Made by a program: the position numbers and the translations under genes. This document shows positions 38,410-46,911 of a stretch of DNA of 64,000 bases, piece after piece (the first letter of the stretch is position 1; every line of letters begins with the position of its first letter). The stretch comes from Bacillota bacterium (GTDB lineage: Bacteria; Bacillota; Clostridia; Christensenellales; JAEXRW01): NCBI GenBank assembly GCA_023454175.1, contig JAEXRW010000037.1, positions 5,658-69,657 on the forward strand. The letters run 5' to 3'. The notes beneath the pieces are model-generated. The model was not told the DNA's origin. It was given only the letters and a program-made list of their open reading frames with translations, and did not search any database.

Positions 38410-39363
38410 TTGAAAATACTCGTGACACCCACATCCTTTTTGAAACCCGAGAACCGTGAAGCCAAGGAAAAGCTGGAGCGGTTTGCGGATGAAGTGATCT
38501 ACAACCCGTTTGGCAGGCCGCTGCAGGCCGATGAGATCGGCCCACTGCTGGCCGGTGTGGACGGGTACATCGCAGGGCTGGATTATATCACGGCGGAAGT
38601 ACTGGAAGAAGCGCCGGATACACTGAAAACCATCTCCCGCTACGGCGCGGGCGTGGACAGGGTGGACCTGCCAGCGGCAAAAGCCAAGGGCATCACCGTG
38701 ACAAACACCCCGGGCACCAACGCCGTGGCGGTATGCGAACTGGCCTTTGGCATGCTGCTGGGCCTGGCCCGGTCCATCACAAGGCTGGATAAAGCGGTGC
38801 GCAAAGGGGAATGGCCGCGGAACGACGGCATGGAACTCAAGGGCAAGACGTTGGGCATCGCAGGGATGGGCGCCATCGGCAAGAACCTGGCAGTGCGCGC
38901 AAGAGCCTTTGAGATGAACGTGGTGGCATACGATCCATGGTTCGATGAAGCATTCGGCAGGGAGTACGGTGTGTCCAGCGTGACTTTTGAGGAGCTCTTG
39001 AAGGTATCTGACGCCATATCGCTGCACATGCCGCTGAATGATGCAACGCACCATATCGTGAACGCGCAGGCGCTGTCCACCATGAAAGACGGCGCCATCC
39101 TGATCAACACGGCGCGGGGCGGACTCATCGACGAACTGGCGGCGGCGGAAGCGCTGAAATCCGGCAAGCTGCGCGGGCTGGGGCTGGACGTGTACGAAAC
39201 AGAACCCGTTACGGACTCGCCATTGATCGGCTTTGACAATGTGGTGATGACGCCGCACACGGGCGCGCACACGAAGGAAGCCATCGTGGGCATGGGCGTG
39301 ATGGCGGTGGACAACCTCATCGCGGTGCTCAAGGGCGAAAAATGCCCATACACCGTAAAATAG
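38410..39363 (+). CDS. D-isomer-specific 2-hydroxyacid dehydrogenase (phosphoglycerate dehydrogenase-like)
   Basis: TTG start 38410. Motifs GIAGMGAIG, catalytic R/E/H region NTARGGLID...TPHTGAHT. Confidence 0.8.
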   Translation: MKILVTPTSFLKPENREAKEKLERFADEVIYNPFGRPLQADEIGPLLAGVDGYIAGLDYITAEVLEEAPDTLKTISRYGAGVDRVDLPAAKAKGITVTNTPGTNAVAVCELAFGMLLGLARSITRLDKAVRKGEWPRNDGMELKGKTLGIAGMGAIGKNLAVRARAFEMNVVAYDPWFDEAFGREYGVSSVTFEELLKVSDAISLHMPLNDATHHIVNAQALSTMKDGAILINTARGGLIDELAAAEALKSGKLRGLGLDVYETEPVTDSPLIGFDNVVMTPHTGAHTKEAIVGMGVMAVDNLIAVLKGEKCPYTVK

Positions 39364-39382
39364 CATTTACATATAATACAGA

Positions 39383-39417
39383 AAAAGCGGGGAACGATAA
39401 TCCCCGCTTTTGGTTTT
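39383..39417. terminator. bidirectional rho-independent terminator
   Basis: 10-bp stem AAAAGCGGGG/CCCCGCTTTT with flanking T run, between convergent genes. Confidence 0.7.
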
Positions 39418-39541
39418 ACATGGCCTTATCCTTAGCGCGCCGGCATGCAGTGCACAAAAATATTCTATATATATGATACATTATAACTCGGATAGACAGG
39501 TCCCGGACGTAAGCGAGCAGCCAGGGCAACTGTTTATCAGA

Positions 39542-40879
39542 TCATTGGTCTTCAGATTTACCGGCTTCCACGGGCTTTTCGATAACGGAGACGAGCGCCC
39601 ATTCCACGCGGTGGTCCTCTATCTGCTCCACCCTGATCGTAAGACCATCCTTTTCAAGCTGGGGCCTGGCGCCGTCGGCGGGGATGACATCAAACTGGCC
39701 GAATATATAGCCGCCGAAGGTATCGTAGACCTCCACAGGCAGGGGAATATCCAAGGCTTCCGAAACCTCGCCCAGGTCCGTACTGCCGCGGATGCGCCAG
39801 GTATTGGCGTCCAGTTTCTGAATGCTCTTTTCGAGCGGGTCGTACTCGTCATTGATGCTGCCCACGATCTCCTCCAGGAGGTCTTCAATGGTGACAAGGC
39901 CGCTGGTACCGCCGTATTCATCCACGACGATAGCCATCTGGATGTGGTTCTGCTGCATATTGCGAAAGAGCACGTCCGCACGGATGCTTTCGGGCACCAT
40001 ATACGGGGGACGCAGCAGTTCCTGCAACGTTTTCGGACTGCCACTGATGTCATTGATGAGATAATCGCGCTGGTGGAGGATGCCCACGATATCGTCAATA
40101 TCCTCGCTAAAGACCGGGAAGCGGGAATGGGTGTTTTCCATGATGATCCCGCGGACAATGCCGGGCTGGTCCTGCAGCCAAATCGCTACGATATCCGTCC
40201 GGTGCGTCATGATCTCCTCCACCGTCTGATTATTGAAATCAAAGATGTTTTCGATCATTTCCTTTTCCGCCGGCTGGATATTTCCTTTTTCCTCACCGAT
40301 GCTGATCATCATGCGGATCTCTTCCTCAGTGGCCTCCTGCTGTTTGGCATGGGGATCGATACGGAAGAGGCGCAGGATGCCATTGGTCGTGACGGTGAGG
40401 AGCCAGACGAGGGGCATGAGGATCAGGGAGACGAATTTGATGACGCCCGCGACCACCATGGCGATGCGCTCGGGGTTATGCATGGCGATGCGCTTGGGGA
40501 CCAGCTCCCCGAGAACCAGGGTGAAAAAGGACAGAATGATGGTAATGACAATGACCGCGATGGTGTCCAGCGTGGCGACAGGCATCTGAACACCGATGCT
40601 GAGGGCCCACTGTACGATGCGGTCGGAGAAATTATCCGCCGCGAAGGCGCTGCCAAGAAAACCGGCCAGCGTGATGCCGACCTGGATGGTGGAGAGGAAA
40701 CGGGTGGGCCTTTTGGTGAGCCAGATGAGGCTTTTCGCGCGCTTATTGCCCGAATCGGCGATTCTGCGAAGCTTGGTATCATTCAGGGATATCACTGCGA
40801 TCTCTGTAAGCGCAAAGAAGGCGTTGACCAATATGAGGAGGAGCTGGAACAGTATTTGACCTAAAAGGGGATCAGGCAT
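39542..40879 (-). CDS. CNNM/HlyC-CorC family transporter (DUF21, CBS pair, CorC_HlyC domains)
   Basis: RBS GGAGG. N-terminal TM domain with FFALTEIA, a CBS pair and a C-terminal transporter-associated domain. Confidence 0.85.
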   Translation of the reverse strand: MPDPLLGQILFQLLLILVNAFFALTEIAVISLNDTKLRRIADSGNKRAKSLIWLTKRPTRFLSTIQVGITLAGFLGSAFAADNFSDRIVQWALSIGVQMPVATLDTIAVIVITIILSFFTLVLGELVPKRIAMHNPERIAMVVAGVIKFVSLILMPLVWLLTVTTNGILRLFRIDPHAKQQEATEEEIRMMISIGEEKGNIQPAEKEMIENIFDFNNQTVEEIMTHRTDIVAIWLQDQPGIVRGIIMENTHSRFPVFSEDIDDIVGILHQRDYLINDISGSPKTLQELLRPPYMVPESIRADVLFRNMQQNHIQMAIVVDEYGGTSGLVTIEDLLEEIVGSINDEYDPLEKSIQKLDANTWRIRGSTDLGEVSEALDIPLPVEVYDTFGGYIFGQFDVIPADGARPQLEKDGLTIRVEQIEDHRVEWALVSVIEKPVEAGKSEDQ

Positions 40880-40998
40880 TACGACCTCCGGTTTTTATAT
40901 TACATTTATTATACCACATTCAAAAAACCCTATAAAAGACCGGTCTGGCGGGGCAATGGCGGACATGATATGATGCAGATGAATACGGGGTGACAAAC

Positions 40999-42072
40999 AT
41001 GGCTGAACACAACGATATCCTGCAATACGAGCCGGTGAGGCTGGATGCGGAGAACGATACGCTCATCATCCTGGACCAGACGTGCCTGCCTTACGAGACA
41101 AGGCTATTACGACTGCAAACACAGGAGGAGATCCGCAGCGCAATTTATCTTTTACAAGTGCGGGGCGCGCCGGCCATCGGGGTGGCGGCGGCTTTCGGGA
41201 TCTACCTGGCGGCAAAGGGCATCCGGGCCGGGGACTACGGGACGTTTATTAAGCGGTTTACAGCAGCGAAGGAATACCTGGCATCTGCGCGGCCCACGGC
41301 AGTGAACCTCAGCTGGGCGCTGGAACGGATGGCCCGTATCGTTGAGCGAAATGCTGACAAGACCATTCACGCGATCATCCAGTCATTACATGACGAAGCA
41401 ATGAAAATACGGGATGAAGATACCGCGGTATGCAGGGCGATCGGCGAGCACGGGCTGACGCTATTACAGGACGGCTGGGGCATCCTGACACACTGCAACG
41501 CGGGACAACTGGCGACCTCGCGCTACGGCACGGCGCTGGCGCCCATCCACCTGGGGCAGGAGCGTGGTCATTCATTCCACGTATATGCGGACGAGACACG
41601 TCCATTACTCCAGGGCGCGAGATTGACAGCATACGAACTGGCGTGCGCGGGAGTGGACACGACGCTGATCTGCGACAACATGGCGGCGCGGGTGATGAAG
41701 AACGGATGGGTGAACGCGGTGCTGGTGGGGTGCGACCGGGTGGCGGCAAACGGGGACACGGCCAACAAGATCGGAACGTCCGCCGTGGCTATATTGGCCA
41801 AACATTACGGCATCCCGTTCTACGTGTGCGCGCCGACCTCCACCATCGACCTGGACTGCACATGCGATGACGAAATACACATCGAAGAGCGGCCGGCTGC
41901 CGAAGTGACGGAGATGTGGTACAAGAAACGGATGGCTCCGGAAGGCATCAAGGTATACAACCCGGCTTTCGACGTGACGGAGGCAGGGCTGATCACGGCT
42001 TTTATCACGGAACACGGGATCATAAGACCGCCGTTTGAAGAGGGACTGCGGGGAGTCAAAGCAAAGCGGTGA
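40999..42072 (+). CDS. mtnA: S-methyl-5-thioribose-1-phosphate isomerase
   Basis: eIF-2B alpha/beta/delta-like fold. Motifs ILDQT.LP, VRGAPAIG, RPTAVNL, THCNAG, VGCDRVAANGDTANKIGT. Confidence 0.85.
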   Translation: MAEHNDILQYEPVRLDAENDTLIILDQTCLPYETRLLRLQTQEEIRSAIYLLQVRGAPAIGVAAAFGIYLAAKGIRAGDYGTFIKRFTAAKEYLASARPTAVNLSWALERMARIVERNADKTIHAIIQSLHDEAMKIRDEDTAVCRAIGEHGLTLLQDGWGILTHCNAGQLATSRYGTALAPIHLGQERGHSFHVYADETRPLLQGARLTAYELACAGVDTTLICDNMAARVMKNGWVNAVLVGCDRVAANGDTANKIGTSAVAILAKHYGIPFYVCAPTSTIDLDCTCDDEIHIEERPAAEVTEMWYKKRMAPEGIKVYNPAFDVTEAGLITAFITEHGIIRPPFEEGLRGVKAKR

Positions 42073-42089
42073 TGCAAGCGCTTGCGCCA

Positions 42090-42215
42090 AATGTATAATG
42101 TATAATGAAGGTATGCCTTCGGCATAATCAGGATACCCTCGGGGGAAACCCCTCAAGGCAGAACGACCCCTTAAAGGGCCGCTCGGATGCCAGATCCCCG
42201 ATCTGGGGCGCCATC
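42090..42215 (+). repeat. degenerate heptad array (AATGTAT AATGTAT AATGAAG) plus ATGCC-TTC-GGCAT and a run of further short hairpins
   Basis: Hairpin 42113..42125 is identical to that at 9004..9016. AATGAAGGTA(T/A)GCC matches 36709..36722. Further stems: GGGG-AAA-CCCC, CCCT-TAA-AGGG, CAGATC-CCC-GATCTG. Confidence 0.65.
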
Positions 42216-42271
42216 TCATAGACACTGATAAGGAAGCGGTTGCGGTACTACCGGTTGAAAGGAGAATCATT

Positions 42272-42754
42272 GTGAAGCGTGAGATATTGCTACTGGGTGA
42301 TCTACGGTTATACGAGACTAGTAAACCCATTCTGAAGAGTGAACTGGATGGCCTGCCTGCCATCGTACAGGACCTGCACGATACCCTGATGGACTTCCGG
42401 AGCAAACACCATGCGGGGCGGGCCATCGCGGCACCGCAGATCGGCATAGCCAAGCGGCTGATCTACATGCACATCGACAAGCCAACCGTGTTCATAAACC
42501 CCACGCTGGAATTCCCGGATGACGAGCTGATGACGGTGATGGACGACTGCATGTCCTTCCCGGGCCTGCTGGTGAAGGTACAGCGGCACAGGCGGTGCAG
42601 GATCCATTACCTGGACATGGACTGGAAGCAGTGCACGCTTTCACTGGAAGGCGACCTATCCGAACTGCTGCAGCACGAATATGACCACCTGGACGGGATC
42701 CTCGCGACGATGCGGGCGATGGACAACCGGTCATACTTTATGAAAAGCATATAA
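42272..42754 (+). CDS. def: peptide deformylase (divergent motifs)
   Basis: GTG start follows AAAGGAG. Motif 1 is GRAIAAPQ, motif 2 is DDCMS in place of EGCLS, motif 3 is HEYDH. Confidence 0.7.
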   Translation: MKREILLLGDLRLYETSKPILKSELDGLPAIVQDLHDTLMDFRSKHHAGRAIAAPQIGIAKRLIYMHIDKPTVFINPTLEFPDDELMTVMDDCMSFPGLLVKVQRHRRCRIHYLDMDWKQCTLSLEGDLSELLQHEYDHLDGILATMRAMDNRSYFMKSI

Positions 42755-42834
42755 TAAAAACAACCTTTATTTTCATGAAAGTCCTGTAATCATTGAATGG
42801 AGTGCAAGCCTATCGAGCATTTATAAAAGGAGCG

Positions 42835-43899
42835 TTAGCCTGGCCCCGGCAAAGCAGACTTACAGTACTCACACTTTCCTGCTGTTCCTCCCGGAACCTT
42901 ATTGGAAGCGCCGCAGTTGGGGCAAACAACATCATATGTGGGAACTTCCACTCCTGCCTGTGCGGAAGACTGCGCCAATGCCGCCCTTTTCTTTTTGGCT
43001 TTTGCCCGAAGCGGCAGAACGATAGCCAGAATGATGCCTGTAAGAGCGATGACTCCATATAATGCAACCAAACCCGGGGATGCCTTGCCGTATACGGTTT
43101 GCGCAACAGCTGCAACGGGTGATCTGACCGGTGATGCCACACTCAATGAGGGAGCCGGCTTTGCAGGACTGCTGGTGTCCACCGGTGCGGCTTCATGAAA
43201 ATACTCTTCCGGAAGCGCCGCAGACAGGATCACTTTTTCCCCGGGTTCAACATCATAGATGTAAGAAGAAACAGCATTTCTGTATTCAACGTACTTATAA
43301 TTTTTCGCTTTCTTGCCGGTAAACTTGGTGACAAACAGACGATCGCTGGAAAAATCATCGGGCATCTCAACATTGTAGCCCAAAATTTCAACCCTACAAT
43401 CCCAGTTGCCAGCCAAATCATACAAGAGCTTATCAAAAGAAGGTTCAGAATCTTCGCTGAAGTGCAATTTATAGTTAATAGCGAAGGTCTTCGTACCCTT
43501 CAGGGGCTTGCCAGCATCCCCAATATCAATTCTGCAATATGTATTTCCACCCTCGGTAACCGTGCCGGCTGTATAAGCAGAACCCTTCACCTTCACATCA
43601 CTGACCGAGCAGGTATATGGAACGGCGACGTTTGCCACCTTACCGGTTTCCAAAACGTCCGGCGCAGCACCCTGCAACAGAATGGTCCGGGAGATAACGC
43701 TGCGACCGGATGCGAAGGAATATTTAACGGTCTCACTAACGTCAAAGGTACGATCTGCAGCAACTTTGATGCTGACCGAATAGTCTTTTATATAATCATC
43801 CCCCCCGGCGGAGCCAGGGACAGCAAACAGCATCATACAAACCAGGATGGAGCAGAAAACGGCAATCCTTTTCACTTCATATCCCTCATATTCATCCAA
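42835..43899 (-). CDS. membrane-anchored protein: signal/anchor, about 230-aa extracytoplasmic domain, TM helix, C-terminal zinc ribbon
   Basis: Hydrophobic N-terminus (IAVFCSILVCMMLFAVPGSA), a second TM (LVALYGVIALTGIILAIVLPL), and a tail ending CPNCGASNKVPGGTAGKCEYCK. Confidence 0.6.
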   Translation of the reverse strand: MDEYEGYEVKRIAVFCSILVCMMLFAVPGSAGGDDYIKDYSVSIKVAADRTFDVSETVKYSFASGRSVISRTILLQGAAPDVLETGKVANVAVPYTCSVSDVKVKGSAYTAGTVTEGGNTYCRIDIGDAGKPLKGTKTFAINYKLHFSEDSEPSFDKLLYDLAGNWDCRVEILGYNVEMPDDFSSDRLFVTKFTGKKAKNYKYVEYRNAVSSYIYDVEPGEKVILSAALPEEYFHEAAPVDTSSPAKPAPSLSVASPVRSPVAAVAQTVYGKASPGLVALYGVIALTGIILAIVLPLRAKAKKKRAALAQSSAQAGVEVPTYDVVCPNCGASNKVPGGTAGKCEYCKSALPGPG

Positions 43900-43910
43900 G
43901 AATTATGGAG

Positions 43911-44165
43911 TCAAATCATTTTTGGGCCCTGCAGAACAGTCTTGCAGTATTCGCACTGCCCCGTGAGGGCGGCCGGGACCTTGTTCGTGGCGCCGCAATT
44001 GGGACAGGCTACTTCGACATCCACATCCTCCATTACGGGCTGAGCCCGCCGGAGCGCTTCCGCTCTATTTCTCCTTTTGTAATAAACAACAAAAGGCATC
44101 ACAATGGCAAGGATGGTGCCTGCAACAAGAATGATCCAAAAGAGCGTCATGAGCGCGGTAACCAC
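43911..44165 (-). CDS. small membrane protein: one TM helix plus zinc ribbon
   Basis: 84 aa with TM LMTLFWIILVAGTILAIVMPFVV and CPNCGATNKVPAALTGQCEYCK. Probable GTG start. Confidence 0.55.
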   Translation of the reverse strand: MVTALMTLFWIILVAGTILAIVMPFVVYYKRRNRAEALRRAQPVMEDVDVEVACPNCGATNKVPAALTGQCEYCKTVLQGPKMI

Positions 44166-44189
44166 TATATTACATCAACCTTTCCAAGA

Positions 44190-44891
44190 CTAATTTGCAC
44201 GCTTCATCCGCTTCACCGAGTCATTGCGCCCGGCGATCAGGGCAAGCAGCCCATCGGTCTTTTGTGACACAGCCGTTACTGCCGCCGGAGGAACCGCTTT
44301 CAGAAGCTCCTCCAGGCCGGAAAGCTGCGCAAAGATAACCTCGTCTTCCTCCAAGGAAACGGTTTTATCACTGAACCTTATCTCGTCGTAGAGTTTATTC
44401 AATACGCCTGCATACTGATGGTAAGCTGCATTGGAGACTATGGAGAAGGCGAGCTTTTCGCAACTCTCCAATAACACACTTTCCCTGCTTCTTGCAATTT
44501 CCCTGCGCCTGAGCGAGGATGCCATAGCGGCGAACAAAATACCAAGGATGAGCGCGACGGTGACGAGGATGACCTGGATGATAATAAAAGCATTCAGATC
44601 GTCAGAGAAGATCAGCGGCGAAAGGAATGCAGACAGCAGCATAAGCACCCAGTAAATGCAGAACGTAGTGATGATACCCGTACGCATGATGGCTGCACTG
44701 CCGGAACCGCTGCATACCAGGATAACACTTATAAACAGTGCAAGCTCTGAAAAGAGAAGAAAGGCCAGGGACCACCAGGCGATGAGCGGCACGGTCCGGG
44801 CACCGTATCCGACGAAGAATACGACAAGGGTCACAGCAACAACAGCGATCCCCACGGCTGAAAAAACCAATGTTTTAACAGTTTTACCCAA
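44190..44891 (-). CDS. polytopic membrane protein (4-5 TM) with helical cytoplasmic C-terminal domain
   Basis: TTG start follows AAGGAGGG. Hydrophobic segments span the first 130 aa or so. Confidence 0.6.
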   Translation of the reverse strand: MGKTVKTLVFSAVGIAVVAVTLVVFFVGYGARTVPLIAWWSLAFLLFSELALFISVILVCSGSGSAAIMRTGIITTFCIYWVLMLLSAFLSPLIFSDDLNAFIIIQVILVTVALILGILFAAMASSLRRREIARSRESVLLESCEKLAFSIVSNAAYHQYAGVLNKLYDEIRFSDKTVSLEEDEVIFAQLSGLEELLKAVPPAAVTAVSQKTDGLLALIAGRNDSVKRMKRAN

Positions 44892-44918
44892 ACGGAATCC
44901 CTCCTTGTTATTTACCCA

Positions 44919-46079
44919 TCAAAGTTTGGCGCCGCATTTGGGACAGAAAGCAAAACCTTTCCCTGCCGGTGCGCCACACTTTGGACAGAACCCCCCGGCA
45001 GCACGTTTGCGTCCCACAGCCGCCTTTTCCCCGCACTTGGGACAGAAAGCCATATCCGGGGACATCTTCGCACCGCATTTCCCGCAGATCCGAACACTGC
45101 CTTCAAGGTTTTCGGAATCGGCCCCGCACCGACTGCAAAAACGCTGCGCTTTTTCCATAGGCGTACCACAGCCGGGGCAGCTCTTCTTTTGCGAGGAAGT
45201 GGATAAGTTTTGTACCAAGCCGCCCATCTGGCTGCCGAAACCGCTGCCTATACTCACGCCCATGCCCAGACCGATGCCAGTGCCCATCACCCCGCCCTGA
45301 CCGGAACCCGGGTTGGCAGCGGCTCCTTCCAGCGTATCAAAAGACCTTTCCTGTACGTAATCGTAACCGACGATATCCATCTCGGCCCGCTTGGCCAGCG
45401 CAGCCTTGAGCCGGGTAACGGCCGGGTCATTTTCGGGTACGCTGATATCGTTCACAAAGAAATTGACGAGCCTGATGCCGTAGTCATCCAGCTCGGGCTG
45501 TATGGCATCCCGAAGATTGCCGGAAATCTCATTCAGATAGGCATTAATCTCAAGTACGCTGATCTTTTTCCGAAGCACATAGGTGGAGATGGTATCTTTG
45601 ACATGGGTAAGCAAAAGCCCCCTGAAATACTGCTCAATGCTTTCCTTGTCAAAGGACGGCAGCGTACCAACGAGCTTGATCAGAAACTTTTTTGAATTAT
45701 CGATCTGTATGCCGAATTGCCCGTATGAACGTACGGGGATAAATACCTTGTATTTGGGATCCTGCAACTGAATAGGCGTGGGAGAGCCCCATTTGATATC
45801 CAGAGAATAGACCTTGTTGATAAACCAGATCTCCGCAGAAAAGGGAGATCTACCGCCGAATGGAATATTCAGCACGTGGTTCAGTATGGGAATATTCTGT
45901 GTATCAAGCGTATACCGACCGCTGGTAAACAGGTCCTGCGCCTGGCCGCCTTTAAACAATATGGCTTCCTGCGACTCGTTCACAATCAATTGCGTCCAGG
46001 TGGCGAGCTCTTCGTCCGGGAATTTCCATGCAAAAACATCGGGCATCCCATCGTATTTTACAACCTTGACAATCGCCAT
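44919..46079 (-). CDS. SPFH/band-7 domain protein with Gly-rich linker and three C-terminal zinc ribbons (COG4260/YdjI-like)
   Basis: ATG 46079 (MAIVKVVKYDG). The N-terminal region resembles the YdjI-type SPFH family. The C-terminus carries six CxxC pairs (CPGC, CSRC, CGKC, CPKC x3). Confidence 0.8.
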   Translation of the reverse strand: MAIVKVVKYDGMPDVFAWKFPDEELATWTQLIVNESQEAILFKGGQAQDLFTSGRYTLDTQNIPILNHVLNIPFGGRSPFSAEIWFINKVYSLDIKWGSPTPIQLQDPKYKVFIPVRSYGQFGIQIDNSKKFLIKLVGTLPSFDKESIEQYFRGLLLTHVKDTISTYVLRKKISVLEINAYLNEISGNLRDAIQPELDDYGIRLVNFFVNDISVPENDPAVTRLKAALAKRAEMDIVGYDYVQERSFDTLEGAAANPGSGQGGVMGTGIGLGMGVSIGSGFGSQMGGLVQNLSTSSQKKSCPGCGTPMEKAQRFCSRCGADSENLEGSVRICGKCGAKMSPDMAFCPKCGEKAAVGRKRAAGGFCPKCGAPAGKGFAFCPKCGAKL

Positions 46080-46329
46080 CGACCATACCCCCAATATAAA
46101 AATATCAACCGATTATCAACAATACCGGTCAAGACATACATGCACGCTGAAGACCTAGGATTAGTATAAATGATAACATATAAGTCATGTTAAACCAAAT
46201 ATTATTTCCATATCCTGCTGATGCGGCAATCCAAAACCTATTGAATCATCTTGATAAAAGCTATTAAGTCATATACGACTGCCCTTGTTCATAAAGATGT
46301 ACAAAAAGCATGGACAAGGGGGAAAAGAC

Positions 46330-46602
46330 GTGAGGGACTATATAGAAGAACGGGTCATGTCGATAGCGGACTATATCCTGCAGGAGGGCGCGACGGTACG
46401 GGACGCAGCCAAGGTATTCAAGATCTCCAAATCCACGGTACACAAGGATATGGCCGACCGGCTTCCAAGGATCAACCAGCACGTGGCCCTGGAAGTGAAA
46501 AGGGTGCTGGAGAAGAACAAGTCCGAGCGTCACCTGCGAGGCGGGCGCGCGACCTACCTGAAATACAAGGGCGGGTACAAAAAGGCGAGGCGGGCGATCT
46601 GA
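46330..46602 (+). CDS. spoIIID: sporulation transcriptional regulator SpoIIID
   Basis: GTG 46330 follows GGGGGA. Close match to remembered B. subtilis SpoIIID (YI.ER....A.YI.....TVR..AK.F.ISKSTVHKD...RLP.IN...A.EVK..L..NK.ER...GG..T..KYK). Confidence 0.85.
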   Translation: MRDYIEERVMSIADYILQEGATVRDAAKVFKISKSTVHKDMADRLPRINQHVALEVKRVLEKNKSERHLRGGRATYLKYKGGYKKARRAI

Positions 46603-46911
46603 ACACCCCGATTTCAAATGCATATCGATTTACATGCATGGCCGCGGCAGAAGCTGCGGCTTTTCGTTTGCCCCGGTACTGCTGCGTTTTGCAGTTGCCG
46701 GATACCATTACAATATCGTGAAAGGCAATGGCGCCGGGGTCCTGCAAGCATTACAAGAGTATTACATAATTATTGTGGCTGTAAAAAACATGGTTGAAAA
46801 AAGGGGGCAAAACCGTTATTATTATATGCGTATAAAAACCTCGAAAAACTACCAATAATCGCATATATCGCTTAATGGCATATTTGAACAGACGATCGGA
46901 GTATTGACAGC

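Noticed and set aside
39410-40864. 484-aa plus-strand ORF
   Set aside because: It is exactly antisense to the well-supported CNNM/HlyC-CorC gene. Its composition is odd (D/H/G/R-rich, low complexity) and it has no RBS or recognisable domain. This is a typical GC-rich shadow ORF.
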